Positions 47,076 to 56,811 of a stretch of DNA of 64,000 nt are shown here, piece by piece (positions within the stretch are counted from its first letter, which is position 1; every line of letters begins with the position of its first letter). Position numbers and translations under genes: made by a program. This DNA comes from an uncultured virus (IMG/VR IMGVR_UViG_3300021375_000026) (Duplodnaviria > Heunggongvirae > Uroviricota > Caudoviricetes): the IMG/VR virus record IMGVR_UViG_3300021375_000026; one strand, written 5' to 3'. The notes below the pieces were generated by a model. The model was not told the DNA's origin. It did not search any database and saw only the letters and a list, made by a program, of their open reading frames with translations.

Positions 47076-47222
47076 TTATAGTTGTTGTAAATATTCTTTG
47101 AATGCTTTTTCATCCATAAATATTTTTAGTACCTCTTTATGATGAGCATCTAATAACTCGTTCAATTCTCTTATTTCTTTTTCGGTATTTTTAATCTTCT
47201 CTTGTAGGTCGCTTCTGTCCAT
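47076..47222 (-). CDS. 48-aa coiled-coil protein (not in ORF track), leaderless
   Basis: MDRSDLQEKIKNTEKEIRELNELL...YLQQL*; AAGTATATATACCG promoter ~25 nt upstream. Confidence 0.7.
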   Translation of the reverse strand: MDRSDLQEKIKNTEKEIRELNELLDAHHKEVLKIFMDEKAFKEYLQQL

Positions 47223-47253
47223 GTTCTATCGTAGACGGGGTCGGTATATATAC

Positions 47254-47520
47254 TTATTCTTCTTCTTCTCTACATAAATATTGTATATAATTACTAACAA
47301 TTGGTAATTTACCTCTATTTATCCTATTCCAACCATTACCATCTAAAGCATCTAAAAACTTTTCTCTATCAAATCTAGGGTTATCGGCTGATAAATATTG
47401 TATAAAATTACTAACAATTTGATAGTAAAAGTCTTGAGTATTTTCATCTATTATACTATCTTTAGATACTGATGTTAGGCATTCTACTATCATTTCATAA
47501 TCGCTTCTTGTTAGGCTCAT
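47254..47520 (-). CDS. Conserved-looking small phage protein (DNPRFDREKF motif), leaderless
   Basis: MSLTRSDYEMI...ADNPRFDREKFLDA; AAGTATATATACCG promoter. Confidence 0.75.
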   Translation of the reverse strand: MSLTRSDYEMIVECLTSVSKDSIIDENTQDFYYQIVSNFIQYLSADNPRFDREKFLDALDGNGWNRINRGKLPIVSNYIQYLCREEEE

Positions 47521-47764
47521 ATATCTCGGACTGTATGCCGGTATATATACTTATGGTTTTAGTAATCTCGGGCTTATTTGTTATGCAGGCAGGCAGGCAA
47601 AAAAAAGAAAAAATCTCAAAATCCAAAAATCCAAAAAAGATTCAAAATCCAAAAATCCAAAAACCACACTCTAGTGTATATACACAAAAGACAAAGCGTA
47701 CGCTCTAAATCCAAATCCAAAATTATAATTTTTTTGTGGGGTGTAAGACCCCCATGTTTTAGAT

Positions 47765-48349
47765 TTAATATTCTAATATTTCACCCGTCTTAGTGCATCG
47801 GCATTTCATTATCGACCAATCCCATATACTCTCTTGATTGTATTTCTTCCCTAGTGTTAAAGCCGCGTCTAAGTCTTGAACCCATGTTGAAGCATCAACG
47901 TGAATCTGTTCTTTTTCATCTTCCCATATTCCGCCGAATACGTTCAAAGCACAGCCGCCGCCATCGGGCAAGTTATACAATAAGTCGCGGCTTCCTTGAG
48001 AGCCTCGGTAATCATTGAAGTTAGAAGCACTAAACAGTTCATGTTTAACGTCGTTACTCATGTATAAATCATTCAAAAGGTTGTCTTTATAATTCCACTC
48101 TTCTGATAGTCCTATTCTCGGGTAATTATTAGGGTTCTGTATTGCGTCCTCTATTTCATCTGAGGCTACTGAAAATATGTTGCCGACTACACTCATTAGT
48201 GTATCTTCATTCATCGATTTCAATACATCACTTTGTATCTTATCGAATAAGAAGAATGTGGGGCGTTTAACATAAACCCCCACTTGATAGCCCCATCTAA
48301 ATGAGACGCGTTCGTTGTTGTGCATTAGGTAAGTCCCGTCTAACTCCAT
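47765..48349 (-). CDS. Hypothetical protein (194 aa), leaderless
   Basis: GGIWED...DAS.W...LDAAL.LGKKYNQESIWDW; AAAGACTATAAG promoter. Confidence 0.75.
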   Translation of the reverse strand: MELDGTYLMHNNERVSFRWGYQVGVYVKRPTFFLFDKIQSDVLKSMNEDTLMSVVGNIFSVASDEIEDAIQNPNNYPRIGLSEEWNYKDNLLNDLYMSNDVKHELFSASNFNDYRGSQGSRDLLYNLPDGGGCALNVFGGIWEDEKEQIHVDASTWVQDLDAALTLGKKYNQESIWDWSIMKCRCTKTGEILEY

Positions 48350-49135
48350 AACCTTACGACGTATAGGGGGCTTATAGTCTTTTTGTTTTTATATAATACG
48401 TTGAAATTAGTCGGAAAATCAACGAAAAAAAAAGAAAATAAAGAAAATCCAAAAAATAATGAAAATCCAAAATCCAAATGAAAATCCAAAATCTAAAAGA
48501 TTATAAACCCCCATCTCATCTCAAACACGGGGTTGGGTACGGCATAACACACACACTCTAGTGTGTACTATACAAAAATAAAAACGTGTGTCCGAATCCA
48601 AATCCAAATATGCTTATATACTTATGGGTGTAGCATTCTCACTTGATTTGTGAATGTAATATAACAAAGTATATATACCGCCATCTCATCTCAGGCACGG
48701 GGTGGACTGCGATTACCTCCCAACCCCGTTATTATTATTCGTGTCTAAGACGGGCTGCGGGTTTATAGTCTTTGCGAGGTGGTACTCTCTCGACGCTTGT
48801 GATTCACGATTCATAATGATTATAAACCCCCATCTCATCTCAGATTAGGCTAGGTCATGGCGGCTATTGAATAATCGTAAAGGGAGGTTTGTATTAGGGT
48901 TAAAGTAAATGCGATTCTATCTCTATTATACAGGTAAGTCAATCAACAGATTTCGACTTTGACGCTTGTGATGCGTAGATGGCAACCTTTTTACGTGTGG
49001 GTGTCCTCAGAGGCCTTGATAGGTATGTTAGAGGGTCAATATCATAGGCGACTTATTTCAACCGTAATAACAACCCCATCAATCGAGGTTACTTTTCCCA
49101 TAACTATAAGTACCGAACCCGCGTATCACGGCTTA

Positions 49136-49324
49136 ATGGACAACAACGCGAACCCTAGCCCGATGAAGATTAACAACCAAATATGTCCCGATTGCGGATG
49201 TATCATTCGATACCCTTGTGATACACCTTCGGGTCGTGGTAAATTAGGTACTCAATGGGGCGTATGTAGCCCCGATTGTAGCCCGTTTGGTGATTTGATT
49301 AAGGATTTACAGGAGATGAGTTAA
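49136..49324 (+). CDS. Small Cys-rich protein (start reassigned to 49136)
   Basis: CPDCGC...CSPDC; CTATAAG TATA ~25 nt upstream. Confidence 0.6.
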   Translation: MDNNANPSPMKINNQICPDCGCIIRYPCDTPSGRGKLGTQWGVCSPDCSPFGDLIKDLQEMS

Positions 49325-49981
49325 TTGAGCGATATTTTAGCACGTATCGAGGCTAAGAAGGCCGATATGGAAACGGCTCGAAATAACATGGCTCTAGGCA
49401 TCAAATATTCATCTAGGTCACTAGGCGGCCACACTACTCAATATCGAAAACTGATGAGAGAAGCAGGTCTTGAAATCGTAGTTATTTCTACGCCAAAAGT
49501 AACCCCTCAAGTCGGCAAACCATGCCGTTACAAAGCCTGTAAAGGTCGCAACCACAAGGCACACGGTGAGAAGTGTCCGGTTGCATCTAGTAGAGGCAAA
49601 ACAGGCGGCCAAAACGGTCAAGGTGAAGTCAAGGCAAGAGTCGGTTCATTGAATGGCCGATTTACAGGATTCCGTGAATGCGGTTGTCCTCAAAGGCAAC
49701 ATCTTCCAACCTGCCCGAAAGCGGGATTATCAGCCGCTAAAATTGCCCTCATCAATGAGGCTGTTAGTATTAAGAAAATAATAAATATCAGTCCGGTAAC
49801 ATGGAGACATTCAGCCGATTGTATCACTACCGAGGCAGTTAGTTTTATGCTAAAAGGAATAACAGGCGTATGCTCGGGCTGTAAGATTGAGATGCCTGCT
49901 ATCAAGGCGGCAAAGGTTCACAAGAACGATATTAGAGAGGCTAAGATGCGGGTAATATGCGACGCTTGCGATACACAATAA
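49325..49981 (+). CDS. Basic multi-zinc-knuckle protein
   Basis: CRYKAC...H...CP, CGC...H..TCP, CSGC...CDAC. Confidence 0.65.
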   Translation: MSDILARIEAKKADMETARNNMALGIKYSSRSLGGHTTQYRKLMREAGLEIVVISTPKVTPQVGKPCRYKACKGRNHKAHGEKCPVASSRGKTGGQNGQGEVKARVGSLNGRFTGFRECGCPQRQHLPTCPKAGLSAAKIALINEAVSIKKIINISPVTWRHSADCITTEAVSFMLKGITGVCSGCKIEMPAIKAAKVHKNDIREAKMRVICDACDTQ

Positions 49982-50017
49982 GATAGTTTTAAGAGTAAAG
50001 GATAAGGAGAGAGATAT

Positions 50018-50440
50018 ATGACAAGAACGAGACACGGCAGACACGGAGAAATATGCAAGAGACAAAACGGAAGAATAATGATGACTGTAAGACCGACACC
50101 ATCGGTTTTAGATGATACAGATATAGCCATGCTTATCGGTTATATTACTAGTGTACGCAGACCGGATTATTATAGTGAAGAAGTTATATCCAAATCTGAT
50201 GCTAAACAGGCAATACACGATTGGGAATATAATACAGGTAGTATTACACCTTTGACAAAGAAAATGCTTATGAATTATCTAACAAGTAATTATTACTTAG
50301 CACAAATTGAAGAACAAACCGATTTGATTGATACCTATGATGAAGATTGTGGGGTATGTCAAGCATTGTTAGAAAGAGTACATCAGATATTCCCTTCTTT
50401 TGTGGTAAAAGAAATAAATGACGCTTGTGAGGCGGAATAA
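50018..50440 (+). CDS. Hypothetical protein
   Basis: AAGGAG SD; GACGCTTG-type promoter. Confidence 0.65.
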   Translation: MTRTRHGRHGEICKRQNGRIMMTVRPTPSVLDDTDIAMLIGYITSVRRPDYYSEEVISKSDAKQAIHDWEYNTGSITPLTKKMLMNYLTSNYYLAQIEEQTDLIDTYDEDCGVCQALLERVHQIFPSFVVKEINDACEAE

Positions 50441-50492
50441 GATAGGTTTAAGAGCAAAGTACGTTTAGAGACAAATACAAGGAGAGAGAAAA

Positions 50493-50843
50493 ATGATATA
50501 CACAAGAATAGGAAAATACGGAATGATAGACGCATTTAGAAAATACGGGCGATTGAAAACTAGTGAGACGCATGGTAATTTTACCGAAGAAGCAATTGAG
50601 GCGTTATTCGATTATTATGATGAGATGGTTGGAGAGCATTATGAAATATCGCAGGCTTATGAATTAGACGTTATAGGTATTTGCTGCGAGTGGACTCAAT
50701 ATGATGACATAGACGAAGTTAAAGAAACGTACCTAGATACAAAGCAAGAGACATACGATTCTGACGATGTTTTTGAGTACCTAGAAGATAACACCTATCA
50801 CATCGTTTTAGACGATGATTCAATATTAGTGAGGGGTTTTTGA
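50493..50843 (+). CDS. Acidic conserved phage protein
   Basis: DAFRKYGR...NFT.EAIEALFDY...ELDVIGICCEW.QY pattern; very acidic C-terminus. Confidence 0.7.
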   Translation: MIYTRIGKYGMIDAFRKYGRLKTSETHGNFTEEAIEALFDYYDEMVGEHYEISQAYELDVIGICCEWTQYDDIDEVKETYLDTKQETYDSDDVFEYLEDNTYHIVLDDDSILVRGF

Positions 50844-51182
50844 ATGTATGGAGAATCCTCGCCTCAACACAAAGAGGGCTTCACACCAATAGGTGTTTAT
50901 GATGTTGAAGGTGTAGGTCTATGTACGGGTGTATCATTCGCAGAAAGACAGACCGCTTCTTTCACAGGAAAACCACCTGTATTCTATGAATGGGCATACA
51001 TTTGCGACACTTGCACTTACGAAGAAGATGAATGTAAATGCGGTGATGATAATTCACCTTTAATTAGGGCTAAAACTAACTATTCAAAAGCGAAATATAC
51101 GACGCTTGAGAAGCAGGAGGCGACACCTTTAAGAGTGGAAGCCTCGAGGACAATTCACCCAACAAACAGGGAGGAACAATAA
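50844..51182 (+). CDS. Hypothetical Cys-containing protein
   Basis: CDTC...CKC; translationally coupled. Confidence 0.55.
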   Translation: MYGESSPQHKEGFTPIGVYDVEGVGLCTGVSFAERQTASFTGKPPVFYEWAYICDTCTYEEDECKCGDDNSPLIRAKTNYSKAKYTTLEKQEATPLRVEASRTIHPTNREEQ

Positions 51183-51183
51183 C

Positions 51184-52161
51184 ATGACAATGAGAAACAT
51201 GATGGCGGCAATTGGCCGCTTTGGAAATGACGCACAAGGAACGACTGCCGAAGAGGTCTTGGCTAACGCCGGACTAAACTTCGATGTGGCAATAGAGCCA
51301 CTATATACCTCTAAAGGTAAACCGATTAGGTCTAAGTTTAATCGTATCTTTAGAACTGACAATGACACAACACTAGGTGTTGTCGGTAAAACGTATGTAC
51401 CAATGCAAAATGATAGATTATTAGGTATTGCTAACGAATTAGTACAACGTGGAAAGATTGATTGGGATAGAATTGGTATGGTTGGAGAAGGAGAGAAATT
51501 ATTCGCTTCTTTCAAACTGCCGGAAGGATTTACAATTAGCGGTTGGGATGATGTAGACCAATACATTTACCTTACAAATACGCACGACGGTAGCGGTGGA
51601 ATTAGAGTAATTCCTAGCAACGTAATTATCGGATGCTCTAACCAATTCAGTCATCTAATGGCAGGTATCAAGAGAGCAGGCATTGACCCTAAGAAATTAG
51701 TAATACGCCATTCAGCAAAGCAAGAAGAGAGAGTAGCGGAATTAGTCGAGGCATTAAAAGTAGTGGATATGCTCAACCAACAATTCGTCTTAGACGCTCA
51801 AGAATTAGTTAACATTGAGATGACTCAAGAAGAGAGAGTATCTTTTTACCTAGATACTTTTGGGATAAAACAAAATGAAGAGTTAGTGGATGCGGCTAAT
51901 CCTCTAGGGCTTACTACAAGAGGCAACAACACACTAGAGAAATTACTAGAGGTCGAAGCACACCCTACCAACAACCACAACGGCAACGGTTCTAGTGCCT
52001 TCGCTGCCTTCAATACAGCAACGTACTACATAGACCACGAATGGACATTCGACCGTAAAGGTGAGAAGTCTAACGACAAGAGAGTCGAGTCGGCAATCAT
52101 GGGTACAGGCTCAAGAATGAAAGCAAAGGCGTGGGAGTCTCTAGTAGGAGATTACCTATAA
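51184..52161 (+). CDS. DUF932/TIGR03299-like phage/plasmid protein
   Basis: AGLNFDV, RTDN...LGVVG..Y.P.QN, LTNTHDGSG, CSNQ, IRHS, AFNTATYYIDH. Confidence 0.85.
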   Translation: MTMRNMMAAIGRFGNDAQGTTAEEVLANAGLNFDVAIEPLYTSKGKPIRSKFNRIFRTDNDTTLGVVGKTYVPMQNDRLLGIANELVQRGKIDWDRIGMVGEGEKLFASFKLPEGFTISGWDDVDQYIYLTNTHDGSGGIRVIPSNVIIGCSNQFSHLMAGIKRAGIDPKKLVIRHSAKQEERVAELVEALKVVDMLNQQFVLDAQELVNIEMTQEERVSFYLDTFGIKQNEELVDAANPLGLTTRGNNTLEKLLEVEAHPTNNHNGNGSSAFAAFNTATYYIDHEWTFDRKGEKSNDKRVESAIMGTGSRMKAKAWESLVGDYL

Positions 52162-52168
52162 GCATAAA

Positions 52169-52335
52169 CTCAAGTGAGGTTGGCGAGGCTACATAAACAG
52201 GTGGTAGTCCAAAACCGTAACCGATATGCACAGGGAAGGAGTAAAGACACGATGATTAAGAGTCACACGTTCTGATAAACGAGTCACTGATAATAAATAG
52301 AGCATTAAGAAGTCGGATAAGCCAACACGCTTGAG
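52169..52335 (+). ncRNA. Possible structured intergenic RNA (~165 nt)
   Basis: Closing stem CTCAAGTG..GTTGGC / GCCAAC.CGCTTGAG with internal hairpins; no ORF. Confidence 0.4.
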
Positions 52336-52381
52336 AAGCATACTACTACAACCTTAAAAGTAAAGTCGGAGTCGAAGTACC

Positions 52382-52596
52382 ATGAGATACAATAAAATGT
52401 CATGCAAACAATCCGGTTGCCCTAGAGTTATAGGCGAACAAAAATGTAGAGTATGTGGTAAAAATTACGGAACAGGAAGGAGTGAAGAAGAATGAATATA
52501 AAAGAAAAGATTTTTCATATTGCTATGTGTATGGAAGCGGCTGATGGTGAATACATGAGAGGATTTATTGACGATTTATTAGAGGTGATTGAATGA
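52382..52596 (+). CDS. Two coupled micro-ORFs (37-aa 4-Cys 52382-52495; 34-aa 52492-52596)
   Basis: ATGA overlaps chain into the gene at 52593; the first is leaderless behind a TATA box. Confidence 0.55.
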
Positions 52597-53162
52597 ATAT
52601 TTTTATCCTAAATGAAAACCCCGAATTAGCGGCGAGAGATTACTGTAATAAACACCTACCAAAAATGACTGTCGAGATGCTTCAAATGCTAGGTAGTGCC
52701 GTGATTAGGCACGGTGCTACACCCGACATGATGCCACTTACTAAGAAAGGTACACCTCTCAAGGGTGGCTATCATAATCATCCGTGTACTCGATGGGTAG
52801 GCGACAGTAGCGATAATTACGTTTGGACTGTACGTCATGCCCTAGAGATATGTAAAGAATACACTAACAAGTATAACAAAATACATTTTTGCGAGGCAGG
52901 TATTCGACACCTTAGTAATATGGTAAAAGTAATTCCCGAAGGCAATCGTACACATTTTGCTCTTGCTATGCCCGATGAGTATAGACCCGATTATATGACT
53001 GCTGTAAGTAAGCCCTTTGCTGTAATAACAGACGATGAAAAAGGTGTCATCAGTCATGCAAGAGGCGAAGAAGCAATACAGGCTTATAGACGCTATTATC
53101 ACAGTAAAGAGTTTGCTACGTGGGATGACCGTAAAGTACCTCATTGGTGGGTGATTAAATGA
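52593..53162 (+). CDS. Pyrimidine-dimer DNA glycosylase (T4 endonuclease V-like superfamily)
   Basis: MNIFIL...AA...CNKH..KM.VE..QML, HNHPCTRW, EY..KY.KIH, AMPDEY, AYRRYY..K. Confidence 0.8.
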   Translation: MNIFILNENPELAARDYCNKHLPKMTVEMLQMLGSAVIRHGATPDMMPLTKKGTPLKGGYHNHPCTRWVGDSSDNYVWTVRHALEICKEYTNKYNKIHFCEAGIRHLSNMVKVIPEGNRTHFALAMPDEYRPDYMTAVSKPFAVITDDEKGVISHARGEEAIQAYRRYYHSKEFATWDDRKVPHWWVIK

Positions 53163-53660
53163 CTAATGAATTAGCAATTAAAATTGCTGAGGCTGATTTG
53201 ACCCTTGAACAATTACAATTTTTGAAAATCATTGTTGATTTGAAACTTGAGGTGATTGAATGAGAGACGATGACTTCTCACAAACTATTATCTTAATAGT
53301 ATTATCATTAGTATGTATATTAGTAGGTGTATTATTATGATAAAAGAAAAGTGTGAACATCCGGCAAGTGGTACTTGTGTTTGGTCTGTAATAAGAGTTT
53401 TTTCAGTAAGTGCGGTATCAGACAATAGATTATTGACCGAATGTGATGTTGAATGTCTCAAGTGTGGTACAAAAAAATATGTAGTATCAAGTGGTAATAT
53501 ATTAGAAGATGGAGTGACATACGATGAGTAGTTTTTTCTTAAATAAAACTCAAGATGAGGGGGCGGCTATATTTTCCTCCTTTTTCAATAGCCGTCGCCC
53601 TCTCACACGCTTGCGTAGCGTAGTGAAAACCCTTATAAAAAAAGACATGGAGGACTAGAT

Positions 53661-53924
53661 ATGAGAAATACAGACATAACAACACACGGCATAAAAGAGA
53701 TACGAATAGCGGCAGTTAATCGCGACATACCCAATTTAGTGAAGATTCATATAATGGGTATAGATGGTAAAAAAAGTAAAATCTGTTTATTCTTTGAGGA
53801 CAAAATTGATATTGGCTTAGATGCCGAATTACCTATCGAGTGGGTTGGAAACATGAATGTTCTAGGTGATACAGAAGTGCGTGGTGAATCCGTACATTGG
53901 ACATTGGAGGATGAGGAAGAATGA
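53661..53924 (+). CDS. Hypothetical protein
   Basis: GGAGG SD; box promoter. Confidence 0.6.
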   Translation: MRNTDITTHGIKEIRIAAVNRDIPNLVKIHIMGIDGKKSKICLFFEDKIDIGLDAELPIEWVGNMNVLGDTEVRGESVHWTLEDEEE

Positions 53925-54220
53925 ATGAACATACATGGGAAAAACTAGACGCTGATATGAGAAGCGACATGGCTGAGGAATACATACAAGAAAAATGTGA
54001 ACACGAAGATTTGTACCTTAATAATATAACGGTAAAAATACAATCAAAGCCCGTTGGCGATTTAGATACTTGGAAAAGATACTTAGCAAAAAATGGTACA
54101 GAATTATTTGAAGTATATGTCGAATTAGTGTGTGAAGAGTGCGGTGCTACTCAAGAGCAATACATAGACATAGGTGAGATAATGTATGATTGGACAGAAC
54201 CTTGGGAGTGGGAAGAATGA
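53921..54220 (+). CDS. Acidic Zn-ribbon-like hypothetical protein
   Basis: CEH...CEECG; coupled. Confidence 0.6.
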   Translation: MNEHTWEKLDADMRSDMAEEYIQEKCEHEDLYLNNITVKIQSKPVGDLDTWKRYLAKNGTELFEVYVELVCEECGATQEQYIDIGEIMYDWTEPWEWEE

Positions 54221-54355
54221 AGCAGTCAGAAGTGAATAAAATTGTAGCCCAACATTATCAAAGTTTTCTTTTAGGGAAAGAGTATGATGTGCTTCAAGAT
54301 TCATGGCGTGGCTTCTTACTTCATGTCAATCAGATAGTAAAGGAGATGACTGAAA

Positions 54356-54760
54356 ATGGGGAGTAGGCGACCACGAAAGCAAATGCTTGACTTCTGTTAT
54401 AGATACATACAGGACAATGGTATTCAGACAAGTAAAGAATTACTTTCGGCTTACGAAAAACAGGATTGTACCACAAAGAAAACAGGCCATTGTAGTATCA
54501 AAGAATTGAGTATGACTCTATCCAAAAATAAACTTTTCTTTAGGACAAAAGAAAGTTTTGGGGTAGACCATAATAAAAATAAGATTTACAAATATGACAT
54601 ACGTGATGTTAATGAAGTAGCCCGTAAGTTAGCCTCATTAACTCATATGCAAACCGAGCCTAAACATTTTCCTAGAATACTGAAAGACGCATACGACGCT
54701 TGCATAGCAGAACAGAAGTCTTTAAGACCTATGGGCGTTTCGGTAGGAATAAGGGAGTGA
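54356..54760 (+). CDS. Winged-helix protein (paralogue of 58062-58433)
   Basis: wHTH pattern; YDIR...FPRILKDA matches WDVR...FPKFLRDA. Confidence 0.6.
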   Translation: MGSRRPRKQMLDFCYRYIQDNGIQTSKELLSAYEKQDCTTKKTGHCSIKELSMTLSKNKLFFRTKESFGVDHNKNKIYKYDIRDVNEVARKLASLTHMQTEPKHFPRILKDAYDACIAEQKSLRPMGVSVGIRE

Positions 54761-54855
54761 AGCAGAATGCCTAACAAACAACAAAACAAAGCAAGAAAAT
54801 ATAGATACAATATGAAATACAAAGTCCGTAAGGCAAATGTAGGAAGTGAAGAAGA

Positions 54856-56304
54856 GTGAATAAAGAAGAAATAAGATTAAAAAATAAAGAATTAAGAACG
54901 AATGCCCCTATACCCGATGGTGTGGAAGATATTAGAGGTGTAACCTTTAGCAACATACACAATCTTGTTACAATGACAATTGTAAGTAGTTGGGTTGGAG
55001 ATGAAGGCGTAGTACTATGGACTTCCGAAGCGGGAGAAATATACTCGACTAGAAATATTAAAGCACATTGGTTAAGGATAGGTGAGGTAGAATGAATAGT
55101 GATGAATTAGATTATATATGCACGTTTATATGGTACGTCCACCATCGAGAGCCTCTTGATGGTGATGACATTGAAGATATAATGAGAGCCTTGAAAGAAT
55201 GGAATGGAGATGAGTAAGATGGGTAGTATAACGATAAAAGTAAAAATAGAAATTGAAGAAGAAATAGAGATTGACGCAGATGATTTGATACACCAAAGCA
55301 TTGATGATTACATGGAAGATGTAATAGATAATCCATCGGATTACGTAGACATTATGAATGGTATTGATTGGGAGTTGGCTTAGATGAGTAAAAAATTGTT
55401 AGTAAGATATGAAGTTATGGTGACTGTAAAAGATGAAAGAGAAGCAGATGAATTGGGTGATGATATTTGGTTGCTTGTTGAAGATAAATTAGGTTATGAT
55501 TGTGCTATTGAAGTTATAAACAGTGAGACTGAACAATTAATACATTCTTACCGAACAGATGTGGTGGTCGAATGAGTGAATTAAAAAGAGATTATTGGTC
55601 GGAAACATTAGTTTGTCTTACCGGAAAAGTAAAGATAGACAGACGAGAGATTGCGGCAATAGTAGAATTAAAAGAGCCTACTACCACTAAAAATGGTGCT
55701 TTGTGGTGTTTAGATATACACCTAAAGTCCGGTACTATTTTTACCGTATCAGAATGGGATATAAATACCATAGCAAATCTATACTTGACAGAATCACCAC
55801 ACGAAGAAGTCAAGGTAGTACCTAATACTTTTACCATGAGAGAAGGTAAAGCACCGGAGGCACAAGAATGAAACAATGCGATTGTGAAGGTAGGGTTATT
55901 GATTACCCTAAGCCTGCGTACCCTAGTATATGTGGTAAATGTGGAGGTTGGTTCTGATGAGTAGTATAGAGAAAAAAGTAATTGATAACAAAGACATAAA
56001 GAAAATTGAATTAACCTATGAAACACATTGTTGTATAGATTTGGATTATTTATTTAACCCCGAAGATGGTGAAACAAACCCATTTGCCGAAGGTAGGGTA
56101 AAAAGATGGTGGATTAAACACGCAACATTATATATGGAATTAGATGATGATACTACAATAGAAAGAGATGTATCTTGGTGGGTAGGAGATGCCTACGAGA
56201 ACGTGGACACAAAGTGGCCTACTGTTATTATGGTTGAAGATGAAGAAGGTAGTTGGCATAAATCTAAGTTTCCAAAATCGAAAGTGAGGTGGTTTAATGA
56301 GTAG
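54856..56304 (+). other. Run of short coupled hypothetical ORFs (54856-55095, 55384-55575, 55572-55871, ~55957-56304 and <60-aa ORFs between them)
   Basis: ATGA/TGAATG overlaps with GGTGA/GGAGG SDs. Confidence 0.55.
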
Positions 56305-56485
56305 TATTGAGGAAAAAGTAATTGCTGAGATTAGACAACGTGCTGAAAAAGGTGAGGTCAAATACGGTACTACAATGGATAGAGACGACCTATCTCTAAA
56401 GGAATGGCTACAACACCTCAAAGAAGAATTGATGGATGGTGTAATTTACACACAAAAAATAATTGATTTGTTGGGGATGAATTAA
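56297..56485 (+). CDS. Small all-alpha phage protein (KYGTT..R.DL...WL.H..EE..D motif; MazG-like fold possible)
   Basis: Recognisable recurrent phage motif. Confidence 0.6.
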   Translation: MSSIEEKVIAEIRQRAEKGEVKYGTTMDRDDLSLKEWLQHLKEELMDGVIYTQKIIDLLGMN

Positions 56486-56547
56486 GATGATTGACGCTTG
56501 CGACACCGATACGAACCCTTTAAGTGATAAGAAGGAGACGGAGTAAT

Positions 56548-56811
56548 ATGAAAAGACACGCAAACACTAGAGCCGCAATCACTAAGGCTCTCAAAGAAAA
56601 AGGTGAGCCAATGACTGCGGAAGAAATATACCGAAGCATTGATGTAAAAAGAAGAGGAAAAAAAGTTAGTAACAGCAAAGCAGTTAGTAACCTACTAAAA
56701 GGAATGAAGAATATTAAAGTCATAAAGGCAGGCTTCACGGTCAAAGGTGATGTCGCTTCTGAATACAAAGTACATAGTTATGTGTATGATGATGAGGGGG
56801 CAGAAATATGA
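56548..56811 (+). CDS. Winged-helix protein
   Basis: ITKALKEKGEPMTAEEIY...VSNLLK; AGGAG SD before ATG 56548. Confidence 0.65.
   Translation: MKRHANTRAAITKALKEKGEPMTAEEIYRSIDVKRRGKKVSNSKAVSNLLKGMKNIKVIKAGFTVKGDVASEYKVHSYVYDDEGAEI

Larger units (their letters stand above)
45271..48610 (+). repeat. Dispersed AAATCC-repeat/palindrome modules (about 6 modules, ~25 AATCCA units)
   Basis: Modules at ~45271-45412, 45728-45864, 46495-46590, 46990-47056, 47600-47756 and 48425-48610. Confidence 0.85.

Noticed and set aside
45202..47793. + strand ORFs 45202-45399, 45777-45983, 47472-47708, 47578-47793
   Set aside because: They are translations of the AAATCC/A-tract repeats (QIQIQI, NPNPN) or antisense to real genes; no SD or promoter.
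43376..52335. tRNA, hammerhead or twister ribozyme in the structured regions
   Set aside because: No cloverleaf with T-loop; CTGATAA occurs but without a correctly placed GAAA core; no twister consensus seen by eye.
52580..53265. Repeated GAGGTGATTGAATGA at gene ends
   Set aside because: Explained by an archaeal SD (GAGGTGA) plus ATGA translational coupling.
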